From NCBI RefSeq assembly GCF_009914755.1, contig NC_060939.1: DNA of 64,000 nucleotides; one strand, 5' to 3'. Positions 12,701 to 29,496 of this stretch are shown in pieces. A program made the position numbers and the translations under genes. Source of the stretch: the human T2T-CHM13v2.0 reference genome, Homo sapiens. A model generated the notes under the pieces. It did no database searches, was not told the origin of the DNA, and was given only the letters and a program-made list of their open reading frames with translations. The stretch's first letter is position 1; each line of letters begins with the position of its first letter.

Positions 12701-15700
12701 TTACATACACAGAATCAGGCACTTACCTGCAAACTCCTTGTAGGTCTGCAGATGTGTGTCCCATGGCAGACAAAGCACCCTGTAGGCACAGACAAGTCTG
12801 GCACTTCCTTGGACTACTTGTTTCGTAAAGATAACCAGTTTTTGCAGAGAAACGTGTACCCATATATAATTCTCCCACACTAGCTTGCAGAAACCTAGAG
12901 GGCCCCCTACTTGTTTTATTTAACTGTGCAGTGACTGTAGTTACTTAAGAGAAAATGCTTTGTAGAACAGAGCAGTAGAAAAGCAGGAACCAAGAAAGCA
13001 ATACTGTACATAAAATGTCATTTATATTTTCCAACCTGGCATGGGTGTCTGTTGCAAAGGGGTGCATGGGAAAGGGCTGTTGATATTAAAAACAAACAAA
13101 ACAAAAAAGCCCCACACATAACTGTTTTGCACGTGCAAAAATGTATTGGGTCAAGAAGTGATCTTTAGCTAATAAAGAAAGAGAATAGAAAACACGCATG
13201 AGATATTCAGAAAATACTAGCCTAGAAATATAGAGCATTAACAAAGTAAAATTAATATATTAAGTTATAATTGGAATATGTCAGAAGTTTCTTTTTACAT
13301 TCATATCTTAAAAATTAAAGAAACTGATTTTAGCTCATGTATATTTTATATGAAAGAAAACACCCTTATGAATTGATGACTATATATAAAATTATATTCA
13401 CTACTTTTGAACACATTCTGCTATGAATTATTTATATAAGCCAAAGCTATATGTTGTAACTTTTTTTTAGAGAATAGCTTTATCTTGGTTTAACTCTTTA
13501 GTTTTATTTTAAGAGGGGAAAACAAAAATATCTTGCAAGCAGAACCTTGGAAAAAAAAAGCCATGAACACTTATTCTAAATGTAAATTAAAAGTTGAGCC
13601 AAACTCTTTGTGTATATAGCATCTTAAATATATTATCACCTTTGATGTAAGTACCTATGTATTGTATGGTCACCAGATTAAAAAGTATATTTTTGTGGAT
13701 TGCCGCCAATCTGGGGGGAAAAGGCGAGGTCCTTTATTAAGTATTCACTGTTTAATATTTACTATTTTGTTAAATATACTGTACTTTGGATTTTAATTAT
13801 TAGCCCAGTTTTTTCAGAGGATTGTATAAAGGGGTTTCTCCCCTCACTGGTGGTGAATGTGTGATGTTACATTGTAATCTTTGTGCTGTATGGGTTGAGC
13901 ATCATTATATATTTTGTATGTGTACATAAATAGCAAAGTGGCAAAAAAAATTGGTGTTAAGTTCATCCTGCATAAGTATAAAATGTGTTGTAACAGATTT
14001 TATAAGGCATTATTTAAAACTTGCCTTTTGTGAGGAAAAAATGTAGTAGAAAAAGCTGACCTAATTTAATTAATATTAGAGAAAATGGCAAAATAGTAGA
14101 TGAGCACAAAGGTTTTATAAGTGGTAAATGATTAGGGGAAAATAATCATGGGGAAAGGGATCTTTTTTCCTTGACCCTCTGAAAACAGAACGATGCAGCT
14201 GGTTACAAAATCCTACCGTTATCAGCTCTTCTGCACATTGCAGTGATGCTTTGGTATGCGGGGAGAAACACTCTTAGGGTGCCGGTCCTTGGCATGACTC
14301 TTGCCATTCTAATTGGAATTAGTGCCACCCTCAGCTTGGATTTTGAACAAGGCCTTATTCTTTCAGGAAGACAACTAATGGATGATAGCAAGTTCATCCA
14401 CTTACTGGGCTTGTGCCATGAGCAAAATTCAAAGTCCTGTATATCTTTCATTGTAGATTTTTAAATACTCCTTTTCCTAAAAAACTCAAGGGTTTAAAAA
14501 TTGCTATTTTATATTTTAAATGATATTGAGCAGCTACCTACAATTTCTATGTACATTTTGTTCCCCCCCCACCACCCCCCCCCAAATTACGTTCCTTTTG
14601 ACATTTTCCTCATCTGCTGTTTGTGACAAGTCATCAGCCAGATTTCCTGACTGACACATAGGTATGATCAGTGCAGGAGAGACCTGCGCACCACAGGCTG
14701 CAAACTGGAGGTTCTGTTCTCATGGCAGTTTGGGCAGTAACTTTTGAGAGAGGCCAAAAAAAGGAGGATGACATGCTGTCTCCTCTCTTCAGTATAGACA
14801 TTAGGCTCTTATTCAGAAAGGATTTTTCTTTAAAAATGTACTTACTTTACTGAACTACTTACAGGCACATTTCTTCATAAGGCCACACCTAATCCAAACA
14901 AGACAGTCTCCCAACACTGAAGTTCCAAAATAATCCTTACCACTTTGTAAACCATTTATAGCTTTGAAAGTGTTAAGTGATTCCTTCGTTATTATTTATG
15001 CATGTTCATGAACTTCTGCTGTACATTGGAATAGGAGTTAACACATTCACATTTACTGTCTATTTTCTTGTGTGCCTTATGAGATGGCTTTTCTGACTGT
15101 ATCTCAATAGTCTTTCTTTCTATGCAGGTTTATAATCAGTACAACTACTGTTTTCTAAAATACTACTACTCAAGGCTCGGAGTTTGTATTTAAATTACAC
15201 TGACCAAGTAACAATGTATTCCATTTCAGGAACTGAATATTTGACTGTTAACCTTTTTCCCATACGTCCAGTGTGGCATGGAGCATATGGACTTGACAGA
15301 CATCTCTCACCCAGACGCCCACGTGTGAACACACCCACATCCACATCTCTGGGTGGAAACCAGCCTAGAGTGGGGACGACGCTAATGGTGTTGCTTTAGA
15401 ACCGTCTTTTCTTACCCTTTTAGACTCGTGTTTTGTATGAGACACCATTGCAAGAAAATTTTATCCCTCCAGAAGTATTTTATTACTAAAGAACAAAAGC
15501 AAAAAAAGCTTAAATTGCACTGGTTAAAGTACAGTTTCCAACAGCTGTCCTTCCTCAGTACTCTAATGGCCACTCCACCGCGAGTGGAAGTCACTGTTGT
15601 GTGTACACAGGTGGTCCCAATCAAAACTCCATCTTTTGAGCCCAATTATGTCCATTTTGTTATAGACTAAATCAGGGGTTTGTTCTACAAGAACAATACA

Positions 15701-16138
15701 TGTTTTACCCTTTCCTTTAACTAGAAGGATAACTAGTAATGCATCAACATAATTTCTGTATTAACCATCATGCGCACAAGAAATACATAGTAAATAAGGA
15801 AGCTGAAAACTCCTGGCATTGGATCTTAAGCTAGATGATTAGAATGTGAAAAAGATTTTACAAATGTAAAACTTCTATTTCTCTGTAGAAACTTTCTTCA
15901 CTTTGCTGTGCAAGAAGACACTGCTTTGCTATATTTAAAATGGCTTTTTTAAAAGAGATTTATGTATTTGGTAAATGTTTGTAGTCAACAGTTCACACAA
16001 GAAGCTGTACACGGTTTGATCATGTAAAACCGTTTGGCGGCACAAGCTGGACTTTGTTGCCATCCTTGAGATGAACCTTTTAAGAAAAATAAGTTAATCT
16101 CAATTTTTCCCTGAATGTGTTGTTTTTCTTCATTATAC

Positions 16139-16144
16139 AATAAA
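16139..16144 (+). terminator. MEF2A: MEF2A distal poly(A) signal AATAAA
   Basis: AATAAA with upstream TGTA motifs and downstream GGTTGTTGT...TGTTTGTCT (16188-16210); a proximal AATAAA also lies at 13171-13176. Confidence 0.8.
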
Positions 16145-17639
16145 TATAATAGTGAACTTTTTATCAAATGGTGAAGACAATGCTAAAGGTTGTTGTAAAC
16201 TGTTTGTCTCCCGCACTCACTCCAGTAAAGACGGACTGGCTCTTCCTGTGCGTCGAGACTCTGTCATGTTTGCCTGGGGACACAAGGCGCTGGCTTTGCC
16301 ACCAGGCAGCCCCTTCCCCTAAAGCCCTCTCCTTTTTCATTCCTTTCACGAAGACCTTTTTCACCTGCAGGCTTCTTTCTCTGGGTTGAGACAGGGTCAA
16401 GGAAACCGTCCCAACGCCCCCACTGGCCTCCCCCTTGTCGGCTCCCGGGTCATCCCTGCTGGGCAGCCCTGGAGCCCATAGGAAGCAGTGGGCCACGCAG
16501 TCCCACCGGGGCCTAATCTGGCTGTTGCATGCACAGTGCTGTGGATGAGTGGAATCCATTCGGCCTCCAGTAACTGCTTCTCACAGGAAATACGCCAAAG
16601 CCTGTTAGAGGGGGTGGGTATGTTAGCTATCATTAGATTCTGGGTCTCTTTAAAGTCTAGGGTGTGAAATGATTAGTTTTGCCCAAAATACATACATGAT
16701 GCTGAGCTAGATGCAGCAGAAGACAGATGTGCTGGCATGAATTGAGTTTTCAGAGTGTTAGGTGTACGTCCCAGTATGCTGGCAGGCACTTAATGGTCAT
16801 CTCCCTTTGTCATAATTCAGCTAGAAAATGAAAAATCTTCAACTTTCAGTAGAAGATGTTCTCTCCTGATGTGCCTTCTAAGCCAGCTCCTAGCTAAGCA
16901 GATTCCTGGTGTTAAACTGAAAACTAAATTTTTGCGCTGGCTACGGTGGGGCTCTTATTAGCAGGTTTTGAAAGCTGGTTGAGTCCTGTGGCTAAAAATA
17001 CTCTAATCACAGCTGCAGCTACTTAAAGTCAATTCATTACATTTTCCTGCTTGGCTCCCCTGGGTGCCTTGCTCTAGGCAGTATCCTGTTTTCAGGCCGA
17101 TTCTGTGGCACCAGCCAAGATGATTTTCAGTCGGAGCCCTGTGCCAGCTGATTGGCTGCAGCCTGCTCGGTCGGTCGTCCGGTGCTCACAAGCAGCCCGA
17201 GGACCACTCGGTTGTAAAACTGAGAGGAAGAGGAGTGTTTCTTCCCATCTTCCACGGGGCCAGGAGGTTTCAGACGTTCCAGGTCAAGTGGGCTTGTGTC
17301 CTCATCCCGCAGAAAGTTGCTGAGCCCCGTCTGTGAGAGGTAAGCCCTGATCCCAGCTGTTGCAGGCTTTGGGCTGAGGACGAGCTCTTCCCAGGCAGCC
17401 CCAGCCCCAAATGCACATAGCTGGGGTGTAAAGCTTTGGTGCTCCTCATTTCATCAGTCTTGCTTCCCAGAGGACCCAGATTGACAGGGCATCTTACTCG
17501 GCTTAGACGCCAGGGCCTACACTCCAGTCACTTTCTTACAGATGCATGATGGGCCTGCTTTCTAGCTAACCAAAGCAAACGCAGCTGTGGAAGAAAGAAA
17601 GCAGTTGTACTGACTGGTTTCACTACACAGTCCCCCCTT

Positions 17640-18668
17640 TTTTTACTCTTAGTGTATACACTTCATTTTGAACTCACTTTTGACTTACAGAAAAGTTGGG
17701 AAAATAATGTGGTTTCCACATATCCCTCAGCGGGCTTTCCCTAATGCTAACATTTACATAACCATAGTACAAGTACGAGAACCCAGAAATTAATATTGAC
17801 ACAGCATTTTTAACTAAATACCTTACTTGAATCTCCCCATTTTTTCCACTCATGCCTGTTCTAGGATCCAATCCAGGATCCCACATTCCCTTTGTCACTT
17901 GTTACAGCTTTTCTTATATAACCTTTGACACTTTTGAATACTGATCGGTTATTTTGTCTAATACCGCTCGGTGTGGATGTGTCTAATGTGATGATTGGAA
18001 GGAAGTTGTGCATTTTGGCGGGAAAACCACAGAAATGGTATGTCCCTAATGCATCATGGGGTCCATGTTGGTGTCTTATTCCAGGCGATACTGACTTTGA
18101 TCACTTGGTTCAGTGGTTTTTACAGGGTTTCTTCAATGTAAAAAGTTTCTCTCCCTTTGTAATTGATACATATATTGGGGGAGATACCTTGAGACTGCAG
18201 GGTTATATTTTCACCCACTAATTGTGCAGCGTCTATAGCTGTGGTAGCTGCCTGTTTTCTTCCACATTTATTCATTGGAATTCTGCTGCGAGGAACAGCT
18301 GTCCCTTCTCATTTCGTTACTCATTATGTCATTGTGGACTCGGATTTTATTTCTCCTGTGGGCTATAATCCTGTCATTATTTTGCTCCTCCACTTGTTCC
18401 AGCTTTGGCCATGAGGAGCTTGATCAGGTGGCCTTCCATGTGAAATCTGAGTCTGTCCACACCCTTAGCATGTCCTTTCTGGCACCACAGGTGCTCCACA
18501 CTCATCTTGTGGTGTTGGGTCAACCACTTTTTCCACTATTCCTGGTTCCCTTTATTGGAGAATGGTATTTGGAAACCAGATCTGGGCAATAGATGTGCTT
18601 ATTGTTACCAGGGTATCACCTCTTTCGGACTCTTTCTGCAGACACAACAAGGAAATACATGTAGTTAT

Positions 18669-18704
<36 letters not shown>

Positions 18705-20090
18705 CCATCCATATTCCTAATTACCTAAACATGTCAAAAGCCATGGTTTACGCGAATGCTTTGGATTCATTTGTAACTTCTTTCTCCTGTGGTGGGGAAC
18801 CCAGCTCTTATTATCTACAGTCCTTTTACTTATTGTTCAGTTCCAGTGTACACTTATTTTCAGAACTGCCCATACCCGTGTAGGGAACACACATTGACTG
18901 ACTAGATGAGAGCATTTATGTGGTTTTGTGGTTTTTGCCTTTGGCCTTACACTATCCAGTCAAGACAGTGGTTTCCAGTTACTTGTAGTTCCCAGTCCCT
19001 TCAGTGTGGTTATCTTACTATTTGTAACATGGTTAGCTTCATCTGTTCGTGTTTTATTTCACTTTCGGCACCCTCCCCATCCTAGTTGGTTTTAATGATT
19101 TATTTTGAGGGGTGTATGAATAGTATCTGAAACATTACTGTGTTTCTAAGCTATACAAAAAGATGCTCAGAAAAGCATTCTCTCTTCACCCCTGCTAGCC
19201 TCTTCCTATCCCCGCCTCTCTCACCCGCCCCTAGAGACAACTAGTCTCTTTAGTTTCTGGTTTAAGCCTTCCTGTACTTGCACAAATAGGCAGCTTTGCT
19301 TTTTCCACTTAATAGTCTAGCTGGAAATCACTCCATAGAGTGATTAGTTCATAGACGTTTTCATCCATGGTGTGGATGTACCATGGTGCTAGGCATTTAG
19401 GCTGTTCCCAATATTCTGCAGTCGTCAATGAATAGCCCTACACATGCGTATATTTGTATTTTTAAAGATGTATCTTCAGGGTAGATTCCTAGAAGTGGGA
19501 TTGCTGAGGGAGTTCACCTGTAGTTTTGCAAGGTATCGCCAAATTTGCCTCCAGAGATGTATCAATTTGCATTTCCTCCAGCGGTGTAGGAGGACATCCT
19601 TGCCAACAGAGTGCAGTCCTATTTTTTATTTTTACCAGTCTGAGAAGTGTATCTCAATGTTGTAATTTGCCTTTCTCTATTATGAGTGAGATTGAGCATT
19701 TTTTTCATATGTTTGAGAACATTTTAATATCTTTCAAGTGTGTGAATTTCTGTTCTTTTTCTCATTTTTCTATTAGATTTTTTATTTTCATCCTCCAACT
19801 TGTAAGGGTTACTTTTATATTAGGGATATTGACCCTTTGGTGTGTGTGCTATGAATAACTTTTTTGTGGTACTTTAGTCACGCAAAATTTTATTTTTATG
19901 GAGTCAAATTTATCAATCTCATTGCTTAAAGATTTTGAGTTACATTTGGAAATATTTTCCGTACACCAAGGTTAGAGAGGAAGTCACCCACGTACTCTTG
20001 TTCTAGTATGGTTTCATCTTTTACTTTTAGATTGCTGATGCATTTGGAGTTTGTTCTTGTATGTGGATCTAATTTTATGTGTTTACCAAA
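17640..20090 (-). mobile_element. Ancient L1M (L1MC/L1ME-like) fragments
   Basis: T-rich reverse L1 3' region (e.g. GATTGAGCATTTTTTTCATATGTT, GTAGATTCCTAGAAGTGGGATTGCTG); boundaries approximate. Confidence 0.65.
18672..18703 (+). repeat. (CA)16 microsatellite
   Basis: Direct read. Confidence 0.95.
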
Positions 20091-20100
20091 GGCTCTCTAT

Positions 20101-20230
20101 GGCCAGGTGTGGTGGCTCACATCCATAATCCCAGCACTTTGGGAGGCTGAGGTGGGAGGATCACTTGAGCCCAGGAATTCGAGACCAGCCGGGCAGCACA
20201 GCAAGACCTCCTCTCTACAAAAAGAAAAAT
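20101..20230 (+). mobile_element. Alu left monomer (FLAM-like)
   Basis: GGCCAGGTGTGGTGGCTCAC...CTCTACAAAAAG with no right arm. Confidence 0.88.
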
Positions 20231-21489
20231 ACACAAGTTTCAAGGCTCTCAACTTGTCCCAGTACCATTTATTAGAAAGATCATCTTTACTTCACTGAGT
20301 AAAGGGGCTAATTCTGGACTGTTTTCATTCCTCATGACCGTAAATTGTAAATGGCTCTCAACACTGCCCAGAGATGCAGCTGCAGCTTCCTGGCATGCCG
20401 GCTTCCTCCCTTTGAGACGTAACTATTTTACTGCATCTCCTCTCCTTTCACACCTCCAAGACCACTTCCTTCTCTTCTCAGCTGGTTACTTCCTCTCACA
20501 TTTTCCATTGAGAAAATAGATGGAATCTGATGAGACCGACCTCACCTTCTCACGTGATATCCAGGAATCTTCCCTCCAGGCACTGTCGAGGGACCTTGAT
20601 GCCCTTATCTAAGTCCAAGCCTTCTGTGTTGCATCCTGGGTCTCATCATCTCCTTCTCAAGGTCTTCGCTTCTGTAACTGTCCCCTCTTTCTGGCAGCAT
20701 CAATTTCTCCCTCTCTCCTAGATCTTTCCTGTCAGCACAAAAGCATGCTTTTCTATCACCCGTTTCAAAAACAAACCAAAATAGAACAAAACTACCACTG
20801 CCCCCTTTGTCTAAGACACTAAGGTTCATGTGAAGATCATGAGATCCCCTCTGGTTTACCTCGGGGTGCTAGACATATTTGATTCTTTTCTATATGTGAT
20901 ACAACCTGAAAAAGATGGGGAAGCATTGACCTGCAGGGGTATCAAGGATGAAGACAGGTGCTAAAGTCATCAGTGGAGGAAAGGAAGCGACCAGAAGATC
21001 TGTAGATGATGCAACAAGGAAATGGGGCAGGAACTGTGTTCTGACAATACGTGCTTCAAAGAAGCAGGAGGATTTAGGGAGGAGGGAGGAGCACTGATCT
21101 CAAAGTGCCCATAAGGAGCCAGGGTGACACTGCCACTGCCTGGATGACTGGTACATGGGCTATCCTTCCTTTCTAACTACTCAGCTGAGCTAAGACTCTC
21201 AGAAACAGGGAGCCTGGCACTTGACAGGGGGAATGCAGTCATGTTGATTGAACTAAGTCAACAACACACCTCCAGAGCAGCTGTTTCACAGTGCATGGAA
21301 TTTAGTGGACTCCTTCCTAAGCCTTTCTAAGAAAAATCTGCCCCTTTTGGCTTCCTGTCCCATGATCCAGTCCAGGCTCACAAATCAGAGTCCACTGACA
21401 GGCCTGCTCCCCTGGCCCTGCCTCAGAACCAGTCTTGCCCCGTCATGCCACCATTTTGGCTGCCCCTCCCCTGACCCTGGCCTATGATA

Positions 21490-23090
<1,601 letters not shown>

Positions 23091-24012
23091 CAGCCAGTTC
23101 TGCACCGCCTCCTGTTCTGGGCTTTCTTAGATTCTGCATTTGTCTGTTGAGCATCCCTTCATCACAGGGCCAATTGTATTAACTCTTTCTTATTGTGGTA
23201 ACTGCTTCTTATCTTCTGTATTCTTGATGCTCTGGCTTTGTGGGCCTTGCTGACTGAGGAGAGACTGCTGTTCCCAGGACTAGCCTGTTTGCCTTGCCCT
23301 GCCTTCCCTTTCCCCCAGAAACACGACGAAGCCTCTGGCCTGAGCGTGCCCCTGGCTCCCTTCTGCCTCCTGACCAACACTGGTGCATCCCTATGGCCCT
23401 GTGGGGCCTGGTGTGCTCCCTTCTCTTGGGAATTACAAGTAGTAAAGCTTCTTGCGATGACACCAGGAAGAAGCAATGTCTCCATGCTGTCATGCATCGC
23501 CTGTATCAATTAAAATCCCATGAGTAAAAATCGAGACATCTCTTAAGGTCTCCACTCCTCCAACCAAGCCTCTCCAAAACTGTGACCAGCATTCTTCACT
23601 TCAGTGCTCATCAACTCGCTATTGCTCCAAGACTTTCCGTAGCTTCCCACTGTCCATCAAATCATGTCCAGATCACTTAAATGTGGAATTCAGCGTTGCC
23701 TAGAACCTAGCCTCAAACTAGTACTGCAGCATTTTCCCACAGCTCCGTTTACATTTCCTTCACGCCAGGCCACCAGACTATTCATAGTTCCCTGTCTACA
23801 TAGTCCCCCGTTTCCAGCCTCTAGGCCTTCGCTCACACTGGACAGTCCTCTTTGAAAAGAACCATCCACTGCCATATTACTAAATCCCAGCCTTCTTTCA
23901 GATGTCGACTAAGGAAATGTCATCTCCTCCAGATGTTTTATTAGCCACTTGTCATATATTTCCCTCTGTGGGCCATCGTGTGTTCTACCGTATCTCTACT
24001 CTGGCATAGGTC

Positions 24013-24332
<320 letters not shown>

Positions 24333-24924
24333 TAGGTCATATCCCATTAGGTTATAAGCACCTTGAGGACAGGGGCCATGTCATGTTATCCCATCACCTC
24401 TTGGTATATAATTGGTGTTCTGGCAGGTTATGGATGAATAGATGGAAAGTAGCCCATGTTCCTTATTCAGGATAGTGAAATGGTGATGTACAACAACCCA
24501 GTGTTTTCCAAAGGTGTGAGAAAGTCTCCCCCAGGTGTGGTAAGGACTCCCTGCCTCCTCACTGGCACTGTGGTGGCAGTCTCTGTGCAAGTTTTGAGCA
24601 GGCATGGGAAGGGGTACAGGTCACAGGTTGGAGCTGCACTTCATCACCACACTGGTCCTTCCAGGGGCAGTGGGGTGTGACTGGCGGTGCAGGAGCAAGG
24701 AGGCTGCCCTTCCTCACAGCAGCTCCACTGCACCAGACTTGGAGAACAGGCAAGTTGGATGCTATCCACACTCTCCGAGCCCTGTTCCCCTGCCTGGCCT
24801 GAGACCAGCCATACCCTGTCTCTGGAAATAAGCTTGGAAGACCTGTCCCAAGGCCTTAAGTGCCGGGAAGGAAGCAGGTAAGGGAGGCTCCTTTCCTGAC
24901 GGTCTCTGTTACTCAAAGGCAAGG

Positions 24925-25322
24925 TGCTGGGAAGAAAGCTGAGGCAGTGCTTGCATGTGCGACATAATGTCCTCTAGAATGTGTCTAGACTTCCTGGCTC
25001 CTTACTTCTAGCCCTCCTAGGCTCCTAGATCAATTGTATTCCCATTATCTCAAGTAGCAGAACATGTTCCTTGTAAATGCTAAACCATAACAGCTATAGA
25101 TCATGTGTCTGCCCTTTTGACCTCCACATTCTCACCACCTGTTTCTTTGTTGGATTACCAATAAATAGCATGGGTTCCCAAAGCTCGGAGCCTTTGCGGC
25201 CTCCACGATCGCGATGGCCCCCTAGTCCCACTTTACTTCTCAAACTGTCTTTTTCTCAATCCTTTGACTCTGCTGGACTTCATGGCCCCCACAACCTGGT
25301 GTTGGGTCTGATCACCCCAACA
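24925..25322 (+). mobile_element. Solo LTR, LTR3-type (HERV-K HML-6)
   Basis: TG...CA termini, TSD CAAGG (24920-24924 / 25323-25327), internal AATAAA 25160-25165, end GGTGTTGGGTCTGATCACCCCAACA recalled as LTR3. Confidence 0.8.
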
Positions 25323-25599
25323 CAAGGGGCCTGGTTCACTGGCTCAGAGGCTAAATCCAGTTGATTCTCCACCAAGAAAATGGGCAGGTAAATGCTGATT
25401 CTACAGTTACTGCGATTCAGGCAATGGATCTAACTCTTCTTATTGTGAGGCCAGTACCCCAAGTGGGCCAGTAGAAATTTTCTCTGCTGTCCCCTCCTGA
25501 AGTCCTGCCTTGGGAGACCTTAAGCATCCCCCATGTTCTGTGAGCCTGGATCATGCCACAGGTGCCCTACCCCAAGCCCACAGTGGACTGTCAAGCAGG

Positions 25600-25790
25600 T
25601 GGCAGAGCAGAAACGGATTAAGAGCACAGGCTCCCAAACACCCCCATTTACCAGCTGTGTGGTCGTAAGCAGCTTGCTTTTTCCATCTGTAAACTGGGGA
25701 TAGAAGTGCCTGCGTCGTAGGGAGGTAGTGAGGGTAAAGTGGGTGAGCATATAAAGCTCTTAGAGCACTGTGGCATCCAGGAAGCACCAT
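25600..25790 (+). mobile_element. MIR SINE
   Basis: TTTTTCCATCTGTAAACTGGGGATA core. Confidence 0.65.
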
Positions 25791-25908
25791 GGCTTATATG
25801 ATTGTTGTTGCTCCTGGGGCTGCAGCCCAGTCTTCCCCAAAGAGGAAATGGTCATGGCTCGTTGGGCCTTTCCCACAGCTGAGCCCAGGCTTCCGCTGTC
25901 TCAAGTGG

Positions 25909-26208
25909 TTTTTTTTTTTTTTTTTTTTTTTTTCCCGCCTGAGTCTCGCTTTATCTCCCAGATCTCGGCCCGATCTCGGCTCACTGCAACCTCTGCCTCC
26001 TGGGCTCAAGCCATTCCCGTGCCACAGCCTCCCAAGTAACCAGGACTACAGGCCCACATCACCAGGCCCAGCTAATTTTTGTATTTTTAGTAGAGAGGGG
26101 ATTCCACCATATTGGCCAGGCTGGTCTCGAACTCCTAACCTCAAGTGATCCATCCGCCTCGGCCTTCCAAAGTGCTGGGACTACAGGCATGAGCCACTGT
26201 GCCTGGCC
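25909..26208 (-). mobile_element. Alu (AluS-like)
   Basis: Poly-T then reverse Alu; flanking CAAGTGG repeats. Confidence 0.92.
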
Positions 26209-26858
26209 CCAAGTGGCTTTTAATTCCATGACTTCAGGCACATCTCCTCCCACCCCTCCCCTCCACACTCCCCCTACTGCAGCGCAGAAGGCCTTGCATG
26301 GCGGGGCCTTGACTGTCCTCCCAACATGCTCCTAGGCCAGGCCACACCTTCCTCACCTCTGCTGGGCAGTGGCGGTTCTGGGTGACCCTGAGGTGTCTGC
26401 CTAGTCCCTGCAGCTTTGTCTCTCCAGAGTAAAATTAAAGCATCATTTGCTTGACAATGGAGATTCCTTGGGCTTCAACATTCAGCACTATAGTTCAACC
26501 AAAAAGACTGGAGACTAGATAGCAAACCTATTTCTCTAAAATATTCCCTCCCCAAAGACACTGAAAACATAGCAAAATGTGGAATAGGAAGTATCGTGGT
26601 TATTTCTTATATACACCTAATAAAGCAATATTAAAGCCTGTATACAGATCAATCAGCGATCAATCATCCCTAGAGCACTGGTCACCACTTTGTCCTGCAC
26701 CTGTCTGAGTAACCTCGGGCACAGTACAAGCCCCAAGTTGGTGGCCAGGTGCAGGGGACAGGCACAGTCCTCACTCCTGACAGACACCTCCATCTTCTCC
26801 AGCAGCATCCCACATCTTTTAACGCTAAATTATCAATCCCCAAATTTTAAAAGGTTGA

Positions 26859-29496
<2,638 letters not shown>

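Larger units (their letters stand above)
12531..16165 (+). other. MEF2A: MEF2A 3'UTR (~3.6 kb, AU-rich, no obvious TE)
   Basis: Runs from the stop codon to AATAAA at 16139-16144, with GU-rich sequence downstream; cleavage site approximate. Confidence 0.85.
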
